A stretch of 35,219 nt of DNA, from the NCBI GenBank assembly GCA_947631135.1, contig CANRKE010000003.1, positions 1 through 35,219 on the forward strand, read 5' to 3'. Made by a program: the position numbers and the translations under genes. This document shows, piece after piece, positions 10,342 through 19,396 of the stretch. Under the pieces are notes generated by a model. It was not told where the DNA came from. It was given only the letters and a program-made list of their open reading frames with translations, and made no database searches. The first letter of the stretch is position 1; the number at the start of each line of letters is the position of its first letter. The stretch comes from an uncultured Bacilli bacterium. GTDB lineage: Bacteria > Bacillota_I > Bacilli_A > RF39 > UBA660.

Positions 10342-10370
10342 AAAGTAGATCATTTTTTTGGTCTACTTTT
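10342..10370 (+). terminator. Intrinsic terminator
   Basis: aaagtagatca-ttttt-tggtctacttt followed by a T-rich tract. Confidence 0.65.
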
Positions 10371-10379
10371 AATTTTTAC

Positions 10380-10420
10380 TTGACATATTGTATATACACT
10401 GTATATAATAGATATATACA
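10380..10420 (+). promoter_or_regulatory. SigA promoter overlapped by a YtrA-type operator
   Basis: TTGACA 10380..10385 and TATAAT 10404..10409. Inverted repeat TGTATATA-ataga-TATATACA (10400..10420, TGTA-N13-TACA, the YtrA-family architecture) plus palindrome TGTATATACA 10389..10398. Confidence 0.8.
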
Positions 10421-10432
10421 TCGAGGTGTGTT

Positions 10433-10831
10433 ATGGAAATAATAATAAGTAATTCTAGTGGTGTTCCAATATATGAACAAATTAAAGAGCAAATTAAAGT
10501 TAAAATAATTTCTAATGAATTAAAAGCAAATGAATTATTACCTTCTATAAGAACACTAGCTAAAGATTTAAAGTGTAGTGTAATAACTACTAAAAATGCA
10601 TATGAGGAATTAGTTAATGAAGGATATGTTAAAACTATACCATCAAAAGGATTTTATGTTGCCAAGATAAATAAAGATCTTGCACATGAAGAACAATTAA
10701 ATAAAATAGAAAACTTGTTAGATAAAGCAATTAGTATAGCAAAGGTTAATGATATTTCAAGAAAAACAATAAATGAAATAATAGATATTTTATATGAGGA
10801 GAATGAAAATGGAAAATATTTTGGAAATTAA
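10433..10831 (+). CDS. GntR family regulator, YtrA subfamily
   Basis: PIYEQI, LPSIRTLAKDL, SVITTKNAYEEL and KGFYV wHTH motifs; short C-terminus; upstream of ABC genes. Confidence 0.92.
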   Translation: MEIIISNSSGVPIYEQIKEQIKVKIISNELKANELLPSIRTLAKDLKCSVITTKNAYEELVNEGYVKTIPSKGFYVAKINKDLAHEEQLNKIENLLDKAISIAKVNDISRKTINEIIDILYEENENGKYFGN

Positions 10832-11666
10832 TAATTTATGTAAAAAGTATGATAATTTTGAATTAAAAAATATATCTTTTAAATTACCTAAGGGAATGAT
10901 TATGGGATTTATTGGTGAAAATGGCGCTGGTAAAACTACTACTATAAAAGCAATATTAAATATAATTAAAAATTATAGTGGTGATATTAAAATATTTGGA
11001 TTAGATAATAATAATTATGATAGTAAAATAAAAGAGGATATTGGAGTAGTTTTAGATGATATGTTCTTTCCAGAGATACTTACACCAAAAGATATAAATA
11101 ATACTATGAAAAGTATTTATAAAAATTGGGATTCAAAAATGTTTAATAATTATTTAAATGATTTTAAGTTGAATAATAATAAACAAATAAAGACTTTTTC
11201 TAAGGGTATGAGAAAAAAATTAGAAATAATAACTGCTATATCTCATCATCCTAAATTATTGATATTGGATGAGCCAACATCTGGTTTAGATCCTGTCGCA
11301 CGTGCTGAGGTTATTGATATATTTCAAAAATTTATTCAAAATGATGATTGTTCTATTTTATTATCGAGTCATATTACTACTGATTTAGAACATATTGCTG
11401 ATTATATAACTTTTATAAATGATGGTGAAATAGTACTATCAAAAACTTGTGATGAGTTACTGAATAGGTATGGTATAGTAAAATGTACTGATATAGAATT
11501 TAAAAAAATAAGTAAGAAAGATTATATTAAATATAAGAAAAATAAATATAACTATGAAGTATTAGTAGATGATAAAAAAAGTTTTAAAAATAAATATAAT
11601 GTAGATGTTATAGATAGAATAACTTTAGATGATTTAATGGTTTTAATGATTAAGGGGATGAAATAA
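10809..11666 (+). CDS. ABC transporter ATP-binding protein (YtrB-like)
   Basis: GENGAGKTT, FSKGM, LILDEPTSGLDP, LSSH; the gaggag RBS favours ATG 10809. Confidence 0.93.
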   Translation: MENILEINNLCKKYDNFELKNISFKLPKGMIMGFIGENGAGKTTTIKAILNIIKNYSGDIKIFGLDNNNYDSKIKEDIGVVLDDMFFPEILTPKDINNTMKSIYKNWDSKMFNNYLNDFKLNNNKQIKTFSKGMRKKLEIITAISHHPKLLILDEPTSGLDPVARAEVIDIFQKFIQNDDCSILLSSHITTDLEHIADYITFINDGEIVLSKTCDELLNRYGIVKCTDIEFKKISKKDYIKYKKNKYNYEVLVDDKKSFKNKYNVDVIDRITLDDLMVLMIKGMK

Positions 11667-11668
11667 TA

Positions 11669-12304
11669 ATGATAGGTTTTATTAAAAAAGATGTTGCAAT
11701 GATTAAAAGCAATTTTAAACTATTAGGAATATTAATTGTTGTGTATACTATAATGGGATTATATGGTAAGATGGATATATCATTTATATTGCCATTTATG
11801 AGTGTAGTTATAATGATTTCAACATTTAGTTATGATAATTTCAATAAATGGGAAGAATATGCATCAACTCTACCTGATGGAAGAAGATGTTGTGTTAAAT
11901 CTAAATATATAACAACTCTTTTAATGATTTTAATTACTTCTATTATTGTTATTATTTTATCATTTATTATATCTTATATTAATACTAAAACAATTAATTA
12001 TGAACAGACTTTTGTATCTATGTTAGGTACAGTATTTGGTACTTTATTAGTATTATCATTTATGTATCCAGTAATATATAAATTTGGTGTTGAAAAAGCA
12101 AGAATTGGAATATTTATAACTGTATTTGGTATTGTAATAATTGGTGATTTATTAGTAAAATATATAAATTTTACTAATATAATGAAAATTCTTAATAATA
12201 TGAATGAATATATTTTGATATTACTTTTAATTCTATCATGTATAATATTTATATATGTATCATATAGAATATCTTTGAAAATACATTTGCATAAAGAATT
12301 ATAA
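11669..12304 (+). CDS. ABC-2 type transporter permease
   Basis: ~6 TMs, STFSYD..KW..Y..TLP motif; 2 nt after the ATPase stop. Confidence 0.85.
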   Translation: MIGFIKKDVAMIKSNFKLLGILIVVYTIMGLYGKMDISFILPFMSVVIMISTFSYDNFNKWEEYASTLPDGRRCCVKSKYITTLLMILITSIIVIILSFIISYINTKTINYEQTFVSMLGTVFGTLLVLSFMYPVIYKFGVEKARIGIFITVFGIVIIGDLLVKYINFTNIMKILNNMNEYILILLLILSCIIFIYVSYRISLKIHLHKEL

Positions 12305-12360
12305 ATATAATTTTAAGTAGTGTAGATAATATTGATGATTTTACTAATTATATATAGAAA

Positions 12361-12521
12361 GAAGTAATAGAATCAATAATAGGTCAAATGAATTATTAAA
12401 TAATACATTAAATTTAAATAGTGATAAAGTATCACAACTAATAGATGAAATACACATTGATACTACATCAATATTAAAATATAATGGTGAGGATAGTTTA
12501 GCATGTGTAATAACAAATTGA
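12361..12521 (+). pseudogene. Frameshifted fragment resembling the C-terminal half of AAA-ATPase-like/PD-(D/E)XK nuclease proteins
   Basis: Hand translation gives EVIESI / (frameshift) / RSNELLNNTLNLNSDKVSQLIDEIHIDTTSILKYNGEDSLACVITN*. The SILxYNxExSL motif is recalled from that family; there is no start codon. Confidence 0.5.
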
Positions 12522-12677
12522 TACTATATCTGAGTTAACTGATTTAGAAAAAGAAAAATATTGAAAAAATTACTGTTTTTTCATAATATCAATTGTAAAA
12601 TTATTAAAATTATGTTATTGTTTGCATGTGCAATAATATAATTTTTTATTTAGCATATATATAATGGGAGATGATTT

Positions 12678-15017
12678 TTGTTGTTAGAACTTAAAAATAT
12701 TAAAAAAACTTATAATACATCTGGAAATGCTGTTCGTGCTTTAAAAAATATCAATATTAAATTTAGGAAAAACGAATTTGTTGCAATCCTAGGTGCTAGC
12801 GGTTGTGGTAAAACTACATTATTAAATATAATTGGTGGTTTAGATAAGTATACATCAGGTGATTTAATAATTAATGGTATATCAACAAAAAAATTTAAGG
12901 ATAGTAATTGGGATGCATATAGAAATCATAGAGTAGGGTTTGTATTTCAAAATTATAATCTAATACCACATCAAACAATCTTAGAAAATGTTGAACTAGC
13001 TCTTAAATTAAATGGTAGTTCAAGTTCCAAAAAAAATAAAAGGAAGGCTAAAAAAGCTCTTGTAAGTGTTGGCTTAGGTGATAAACTTAATTATAAACCT
13101 AATCAATTATCTGGTGGACAATGTCAAAGAGTTGCTATTGCACGTGCCCTAGTTAATGATCCAGATATAATACTTGCAGATGAACCAACAGGAGCACTAG
13201 ATTCAAAGACAAGTGTAAATGTAATGAATTTATTGAAAGAAATATCAAAAGATAAATTAGTAATAATGGTAACACATAATCCTAATTTAGCTAATGAGTA
13301 TGCAACTAGAATTATAAATATAAAAGATGGCGTAATTGAAGGGGATTCAAATCCAGTTGATACTTTAAATAACGAAGAATATAAAGAAGATTTAAAAAAG
13401 AATAAATCATATATGCCAAGAAAAGTATCATTTATGCTTAGTTTAAAAAATTTATTATCTAAAAAGAAAAGAACTTTCATAACTTGTTTAGCTGGATCTA
13501 TTGGTATTATTGGAATAGCTACAATTTTGTCTGTATCATCAGGTATGAGTGATTATGTTAATAAAATAGAAAAAGATAGTACATCATTTAACTATGTTAT
13601 TATACAAGATAATTATCATGATATGAACTCTCTTATGAATATGACAAAAATAGATGATGAATTAGAGGAATATACAAATAAAAAAATATTATACTCTTAT
13701 GATGATAATATAAGTAATACTATAACTAAACAAAACTTAAATAGTGATTATATAGATTATATAGATAAAAAAACTAAAGATTTAGTTGTTGATGTTAGTT
13801 ATCAATATGATGCTGAAATGAATTTAATATCTAAAAAAGATGATACGTATAAAAATGTTAGCACAACTAATTTTACAGAAATATTGGATAATGATAGTCA
13901 AATATTAGATTGTTATGATGTTTTAGCAAGTACAATAGATAATAAAATACCAAATGAATATAATGAAATAGCAGTTGTTGTTGATAAATATAATAGAATA
14001 TCTAAAAGTACATTAGATATTCTAGGAATAGATGATACTGAAGAATTAAGTTATGATGATATATTAGATAAAGAAATAAGACTTATAAATAATAATGATT
14101 ATTATATAAATAAGAATGGATTATTTATAAAAGCAACTTCTAATGATGAATTAAAAAATGCATATGATAAAGGAATACCATTAAAAGTTGTAAGTATTTT
14201 AAGGGCAAAGGAAGATGCTTCTAATGAATGGTTATTATCTGGTATATCTTATACTAAGAAATTAACTGATTATATATTAGAAAATAATAAAGATAGTGAT
14301 GTTGTAAAAGCACAATTAAACAATCCAAATATTGATGTTACAACTGGACTTAACTTTATGAATAGTGATAATTTAAGTGGAGATCCATCAATGTATATGA
14401 TGACTAATGTAATTACATCATATGATGAAAGACTTGCGAAATTAGGAGCAACTAAAATACCAAGTTCTATAATAATATATCCTAAAGATTATGATTCAAA
14501 AGATAAAATAATAGAAATACTTGATGATTGGAATAATAAACATAAAGATAATGAAATTAAATATACAGATATATCAAGTATCATGATAACTATGTTAGAT
14601 TCTATGATAAATATAGTAAGTTATGTACTTATTGCATTTTCATCTATTTCTCTTGTAGTATCATCTATAATGATAGCTATAGTAATATATAATTCAGTAA
14701 TAGAAAGAACTAAAGAAATAGGTATATTAAGGGCAATTGGTGCTCGAAAAAAAGATGTATCACGTGTATTTAAATCTGAAGCAATTATAATGGGATTAAT
14801 ATCTGGTATTGTTGCATTAATAATTACATTTATTATATGTTTAATTATTAATAGAATACTTGATAATCTGATAAATGTATCTACTATAGCAAATCTAACA
14901 ATAAATATATGTATAAGCATGATATTACTAAGTGTTATACTTACATTTATAGCAAGCCTAATACCATCTAGTATGGCTGCTAAGAAAGAAGCAGTGGATG
15001 CATTAAGGAGTGAATAA
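12678..15017 (+). CDS. MacB-like fused ABC ATPase/FtsX permease
   Basis: GASGCGKTT, LSGGQCQRVAIARA, ILADEPTGALD; one TM, a large extracellular loop, then three TMs with ERTKEIGILRAIGA; TTG start after gggaga. Confidence 0.92.
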   Translation: MLLELKNIKKTYNTSGNAVRALKNINIKFRKNEFVAILGASGCGKTTLLNIIGGLDKYTSGDLIINGISTKKFKDSNWDAYRNHRVGFVFQNYNLIPHQTILENVELALKLNGSSSSKKNKRKAKKALVSVGLGDKLNYKPNQLSGGQCQRVAIARALVNDPDIILADEPTGALDSKTSVNVMNLLKEISKDKLVIMVTHNPNLANEYATRIINIKDGVIEGDSNPVDTLNNEEYKEDLKKNKSYMPRKVSFMLSLKNLLSKKKRTFITCLAGSIGIIGIATILSVSSGMSDYVNKIEKDSTSFNYVIIQDNYHDMNSLMNMTKIDDELEEYTNKKILYSYDDNISNTITKQNLNSDYIDYIDKKTKDLVVDVSYQYDAEMNLISKKDDTYKNVSTTNFTEILDNDSQILDCYDVLASTIDNKIPNEYNEIAVVVDKYNRISKSTLDILGIDDTEELSYDDILDKEIRLINNNDYYINKNGLFIKATSNDELKNAYDKGIPLKVVSILRAKEDASNEWLLSGISYTKKLTDYILENNKDSDVVKAQLNNPNIDVTTGLNFMNSDNLSGDPSMYMMTNVITSYDERLAKLGATKIPSSIIIYPKDYDSKDKIIEILDDWNNKHKDNEIKYTDISSIMITMLDSMINIVSYVLIAFSSISLVVSSIMIAIVIYNSVIERTKEIGILRAIGARKKDVSRVFKSEAIIMGLISGIVALIITFIICLIINRILDNLINVSTIANLTINICISMILLSVILTFIASLIPSSMAAKKEAVDALRSE

Positions 15018-15043
15018 TAAGCTATCAATTATTTTTAAAATTT

Positions 15044-15088
15044 AAAACTCATCAATCTGAACATTATTAATCAGACTAATGAGTTTTT
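15044..15088. terminator. Bidirectional terminator between convergent genes
   Basis: aaaactcat...tctga...tcaga...atgagtttt imperfect hairpin. Confidence 0.6.
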
Positions 15089-15091
15089 ATT

Positions 15092-15400
15092 TTATAAATT
15101 GTTAATATTTGATATTTTAATTATTTCATTCATATCATCATCTTTAGCTATAATATTTTTAATATTACTACCACATTTAGAACACTTATACAGTATTTTA
15201 TAAGTATCTTTATACTTTTCTATCCCACAAGGTATAAGCAATCCTAAACAATCATTTTTTCTATCTCCAGGAGTTACATCTATATGTATAGAGTATAAGC
15301 AATATGGACAGTGATCTCTCGATGTATATCCTAAAGATTTTACATGTTTTCCACAATTTATACATATAAAATCATTATCATTTTTAACAAAAGTTTTCAT
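15092..15400 (-). CDS. RNHCP domain protein
   Basis: FICINCG, SRDHCPYCLYSIHID, PGDR..DC.G and CSKCG motifs; aaagga RBS upstream of ATG 15400. Confidence 0.88.
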   Translation of the reverse strand: MKTFVKNDNDFICINCGKHVKSLGYTSRDHCPYCLYSIHIDVTPGDRKNDCLGLLIPCGIEKYKDTYKILYKCSKCGSNIKNIIAKDDDMNEIIKISNINNL

Positions 15401-15491
15401 GCTAATCAATTCCTTTCAGTAATTTATTTAATTATAGCACATTTTAATAATATACATGTAACAATATTTATTAAAACTTCATATTTTATAA

Positions 15492-15520
15492 TTGACACAT
15501 ATACGGTTATATTGTATACT
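15492..15520 (+). promoter_or_regulatory. SigA-type promoter
   Basis: TTGACA-17 nt-TATACT, 23 nt upstream of ATG 15544. Confidence 0.75.
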
Positions 15521-15543
15521 TTAAATAGAAAGTAGGGGATAAA

Positions 15544-16872
15544 ATGAGGAAGGTAGTGAAAATAAGTTTATATTTAATATTTTTAGTAAGCATTATATAT
15601 ATAAATTGTGATATAGTTTTTGCATCAGAATCAAATACTATACTTAAAGATACTATACTTAAAAATGATGTAGTAGAATATAATGATGAATCAAAAATAG
15701 ATCAATTATATTATTTAGAAAAAGAAAATGATAAAATATATTTTTATGCTGGAAATATAAAAAATAATAATGTTGTTTTTAATAGTTTAAAATTTAATAT
15801 TATTGGTATAGATTTAAATGGTAATATAAAAATTATGTATAACCAAGATGATATAAAAGCAACTTCTTCTAATTATAGAGAAGTATTAAATAATTGGTAT
15901 AAAGAAAAATTTGATAAAAGTGATACAAAAAATATAATAACTAAAACTCAAACTTGTGATACTCTTAATAATAATTTATTTTGTGATAATATAGTTGAAG
16001 AAGATGTAGCACTTATATCACTTCAAGAATATAAACATTCAAAAATAAATAACGAAACATTTTTAAATAAAGAATACAATTATTATTTTTGGACAACATA
16101 CTATAATCATAAATATTATTTTGACGCTATTAATGATGAAATACACACTACTAAATTAAAAGAATTTAACATATATCCCGTAATAACACTAAGTTCTAAA
16201 ACAATGATTGGTTCTGGTGATGGTACAGAAACTAGTCCATTTGTAATAGCAAATACAATTTATGGAAATAGTGAAAATACTATAAAAGAAGATAGAAAAG
16301 TAAAACTTGATAATCCAAAAATAATAAAGAAAGATGATATTGATCTATTAATAAAGGATAATAATTTAAATTCTATAACATATGAAATATATAATAATAA
16401 TGAGATGGTATACAGTATTAAATTTTTAAAAGAAGAGTTAAAGAGTGTCTCTGAATTTAATTTAAATATTATATTTAATGAATTAGATGATAGTATAAGT
16501 AAAAACGTTAGAAAAATCTTAAAGGATAAAAAATATAAATATTTTACAATTGAAAATACTAAAGAATTTCCATCTACTGCAATAACAAGTATTAATACTA
16601 AGGATATGTTTAATGAAGAAGATACATTATGGTTGTATTATTACAATGAAGAAGAAAATAAATTAGAATATGTTGATAATAATTTATTAGTTGAAGATGA
16701 TTTAGTTACACTAAATATTAATAAAGGTGGAAAGTATATTCTTTCACTAGATGAAATAGTAAATCTTAAGGATACAGTAAATACTAAAAAATATATATTA
16801 TTTAGTATATCAATATTATCAGTTATAGGTATTTTTAGCATCATTTTAATAAAAAAATATAAAAAAAATTAG
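15544..16872 (+). CDS. Surface protein: signal peptide, degenerate paralogue of the domain in 2..1330, C-terminal TM anchor
   Basis: Signal ending VFA; YFYAGNIKNNNV, IIGIDLNGNIKIMY, YPVITL...GSGDGTETSPF; hydrophobic C-terminus followed by KKYKKN. Confidence 0.7.
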   Translation: MRKVVKISLYLIFLVSIIYINCDIVFASESNTILKDTILKNDVVEYNDESKIDQLYYLEKENDKIYFYAGNIKNNNVVFNSLKFNIIGIDLNGNIKIMYNQDDIKATSSNYREVLNNWYKEKFDKSDTKNIITKTQTCDTLNNNLFCDNIVEEDVALISLQEYKHSKINNETFLNKEYNYYFWTTYYNHKYYFDAINDEIHTTKLKEFNIYPVITLSSKTMIGSGDGTETSPFVIANTIYGNSENTIKEDRKVKLDNPKIIKKDDIDLLIKDNNLNSITYEIYNNNEMVYSIKFLKEELKSVSEFNLNIIFNELDDSISKNVRKILKDKKYKYFTIENTKEFPSTAITSINTKDMFNEEDTLWLYYYNEEENKLEYVDNNLLVEDDLVTLNINKGGKYILSLDEIVNLKDTVNTKKYILFSISILSVIGIFSIILIKKYKKN

Positions 16873-16931
16873 AAAAAACTATATTTATTATTAAATTTAT
16901 TTTATAATAAATTTAAGTGTGGTGATATTTT

Positions 16932-17594
16932 ATGATAGGAAATAAATGGGATGAAGTATTAAAAGAAGAATTTAATAAAGATTATTTTCTAAAACTTATG
17001 GATTTTATTCAAAATGAATATAAAGAAAAGATAGTATATCCATATTATCCTAATATTTTTAATGCCCTTAAATATACTGATTATGATAAAGTAAAAGTAG
17101 TAATTATTGGTCAAGATCCATATCATGGATTAGGTGAAGCACATGGGTTATCGTTTTCTGTTTTAGAAGGTGTAAAAAAACCTCCTTCACTTAAAAATAT
17201 ATTTAAAGAATTACATGATGATTTAAATATACCTGAACCATTATATGGTAATTTAAAAAAATGGACTGATGAAGGTGTAATGCTTCTTAATACAGTTTTA
17301 ACTGTTGAAAAAGATAAACCTGCCTCTTACCAAAATATAGGGTGGGAAACTTTTACTGATGCTGTTATAAGTAAAATAAATGAAAAAGATACTCCTGTTG
17401 TATTTATACTTTGGGGTAACTTTGCTAAAGGTAAACAATCACTTATAACTAATCCTAAACATTATGTAATTACTTCTGCACATCCATCACCATTTTCAGC
17501 AAACAAAGGATTCTTTGGTACAAAACCATTTTCTAAAACAAATGAGTTTTTAAAGAAAAATGGAATAGATCCTATTAATTGGGATTTAAATTAA
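16932..17594 (+). CDS. ung: Uracil-DNA glycosylase family 1
   Basis: GQDPYH, AHGLSFSV, PPSLKNI, LLNTVLTV, VFILWG and HPSP motifs. Confidence 0.97.
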   Translation: MIGNKWDEVLKEEFNKDYFLKLMDFIQNEYKEKIVYPYYPNIFNALKYTDYDKVKVVIIGQDPYHGLGEAHGLSFSVLEGVKKPPSLKNIFKELHDDLNIPEPLYGNLKKWTDEGVMLLNTVLTVEKDKPASYQNIGWETFTDAVISKINEKDTPVVFILWGNFAKGKQSLITNPKHYVITSAHPSPFSANKGFFGTKPFSKTNEFLKKNGIDPINWDLN

Positions 17595-17598
17595 AACC

Positions 17599-17635
17599 GA
17601 GTAGAGGAAAATAATTAAATTATTTACCTCTACTT
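17599..17635 (+). terminator. Terminator-like hairpin after ung
   Basis: gagtagagg-aaaataatt...aattattta-cctctactt. Confidence 0.65.
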
Positions 17636-17846
17636 GCTTCATATATAATAAAGTTATATTACAAATTTAAGAAATTAATACTGGTGGTGTAAGATAAAAT
17701 AATTTATTGATATGTATATCTATAACATTAAATAGTGTAAAGTAGTACATTAAATATTTTTAATTTTAATTTTTTGTGATATACTGATAATACATTGAAA
17801 ACTAATTAAAAAAAATAAACAAGTAAATATGATTGTAGGAGATAGA

Positions 17847-18803
17847 ATGAAAAAGAAAATAGTAGTATATTTAATTTTAATATTTAGTTTAGGTTTAGTA
17901 CTTGCTCCAATAAAAACTGTTAAATCTGATTCTGGATGGGACAGTGACTATGATTCTGGCTGGGATTCAGATTCAAGTTGGGATTCAGATTTTGGATGGG
18001 ATAATGATTATGATTCTGGAGGCTGGGATTCAGACTCACGTTGGGATGATGATGATAATTATTCAAATAATTACAATTATAGTTATAGTTCTAGTATTCC
18101 TGACAATGCTTTAATTTATATATTTATTATATTTGGTATAGTACTTATAATAATTATTTATGCAAGTAATAAAAATAATAGGAATAATAGAAATAACAGA
18201 AACGGTGGAAATGGTTCATCTAGTAGCTCATCTAATAATTATCAAGATATTAATATTCAAAAGATAAAAACTATTGATCCTAGTATTGATGTTTCTGAAT
18301 TTCAAGCAAAAGCATTCCAAATATATAAGGATATTCAAGAAGCTTGGATGAATTTTGATACTGATACAATAAGAAAATTAACTACTGATGAAATATATAA
18401 TATGTACAGTAGCCAATTAGAAACACTTAAATTAAAGAAACAAAAAAATATTATGAAAGATATTTCACTTATGGATATTAAAATAATTAACATTAAAAAA
18501 GAAAATGATGTTATAACATTAAGTGTATATCTAAAAGTTAAATGTTATGATTATGTTATTAAAGAGGAAACTGGAGAAACAGTAAGAGGAAATGATAAAC
18601 GTAAAATAATAATTGAATATGTTATATCATTTGTAAAATCAGCATCAAATAACAAAAGTATAGAAAAATGTCCTAACTGCGGTGCTCCTGTAGATATCGT
18701 AAGTTCTGCAACATGTCCATATTGTGATAGTGTTTTAGTAAAAAATTCTAGTGATTATGTTATGAGTAAGAAGACTACTGTTGGACAATCATTAGATAGA
18801 TAG
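17847..18803 (+). CDS. Tim44-like domain membrane protein with acidic Trp-Asp repeats and C-terminal Zn ribbon
   Basis: Signal/TM, (DSGWD)-like repeats, a second TM, then DPSIDVSEF..KA..IY..IQEAW...D (Tim44-like) and CPNCGA...CPYC. ATG 17847 follows aggaga (17829 is the alternative start). Confidence 0.8.
   Translation: MKKKIVVYLILIFSLGLVLAPIKTVKSDSGWDSDYDSGWDSDSSWDSDFGWDNDYDSGGWDSDSRWDDDDNYSNNYNYSYSSSIPDNALIYIFIIFGIVLIIIIYASNKNNRNNRNNRNGGNGSSSSSSNNYQDINIQKIKTIDPSIDVSEFQAKAFQIYKDIQEAWMNFDTDTIRKLTTDEIYNMYSSQLETLKLKKQKNIMKDISLMDIKIINIKKENDVITLSVYLKVKCYDYVIKEETGETVRGNDKRKIIIEYVISFVKSASNNKSIEKCPNCGAPVDIVSSATCPYCDSVLVKNSSDYVMSKKTTVGQSLDR
17928..18056 (+). repeat. Imperfect in-frame tandem repeats encoding DSGWDSDY / DSSWDS-like units
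   Basis: Six tggga(t/c) Trp-Asp cores spaced 18-27 nt apart. Confidence 0.8.
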
Positions 18804-18812
18804 GAGAATATA

Positions 18813-19328
18813 ATGAATGAATTTAATGAAGCAATGTTTAAAACAAAAGTTGATAATATATTTGTAAAATTGTATACATCTATTATGAAAGGAAATTTAG
18901 ATGATGTTGCTCACTTCATAAATAGTGATGTTTACGAAAAATATAATAATTATATTTTAGAATTAGATAGTAAAAATCAAAGACAGATATATGATGAATT
19001 AAATGTTAAAAATACTATTGTTCTAAAAAGAGAAATATATAATGATAAAGAAGTTGTTGAAGTTCAGTTAATATCAAGATATATGGATTATATAATCAAT
19101 AAAGATACAGGTGATTTAATATCTGGAGATGACACTAGAAGAATAGAAAAAATAAATAATTTAATATTTGAAAAAAAAGTAAACACCAAAGATAGTACTC
19201 TAGTTCATAAATGTCCTAGTTGTGGTGCTAATATAAGTGTTAATACATCTGGAAAATGTGAATATTGTGGTAGCATTTACAATTTAGAAGATTATGATTA
19301 TATTTTAGTGTCAATTACTACAAAATGA
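18813..19328 (+). CDS. Soluble Tim44-like domain protein with Zn ribbon
   Basis: Paralogous to the C-terminal half of 17847..18803 (YMDYII...TG..I.GDD vs CYDYVI...TG..V.GND); CPSCGA...CEYCG. Confidence 0.78.
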   Translation: MNEFNEAMFKTKVDNIFVKLYTSIMKGNLDDVAHFINSDVYEKYNNYILELDSKNQRQIYDELNVKNTIVLKREIYNDKEVVEVQLISRYMDYIINKDTGDLISGDDTRRIEKINNLIFEKKVNTKDSTLVHKCPSCGANISVNTSGKCEYCGSIYNLEDYDYILVSITTK

Positions 19329-19396
19329 GTTTAAAAAAAATAAAAACTATGATAAAATAAAACTACAAATAATTAACGATTAAGGAGGAAATAAAT

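Noticed and set aside
15635-15663. 15-bp tandem duplication (atactatacttaaa x2, TILK-D-TILK)
   Set aside because: A two-copy in-frame slippage in AT-rich DNA with no evident function.
16760-16872. Sortase sorting signal in the surface protein (also checked 26451..27110)
   Set aside because: The TM and basic tail are present but there is no LPxTG/NPxTN-like pentapeptide.
17928-18056. CRISPR array
   Set aside because: The repeats are in-frame, short, degenerate and lack unique spacers; no cas genes are present.
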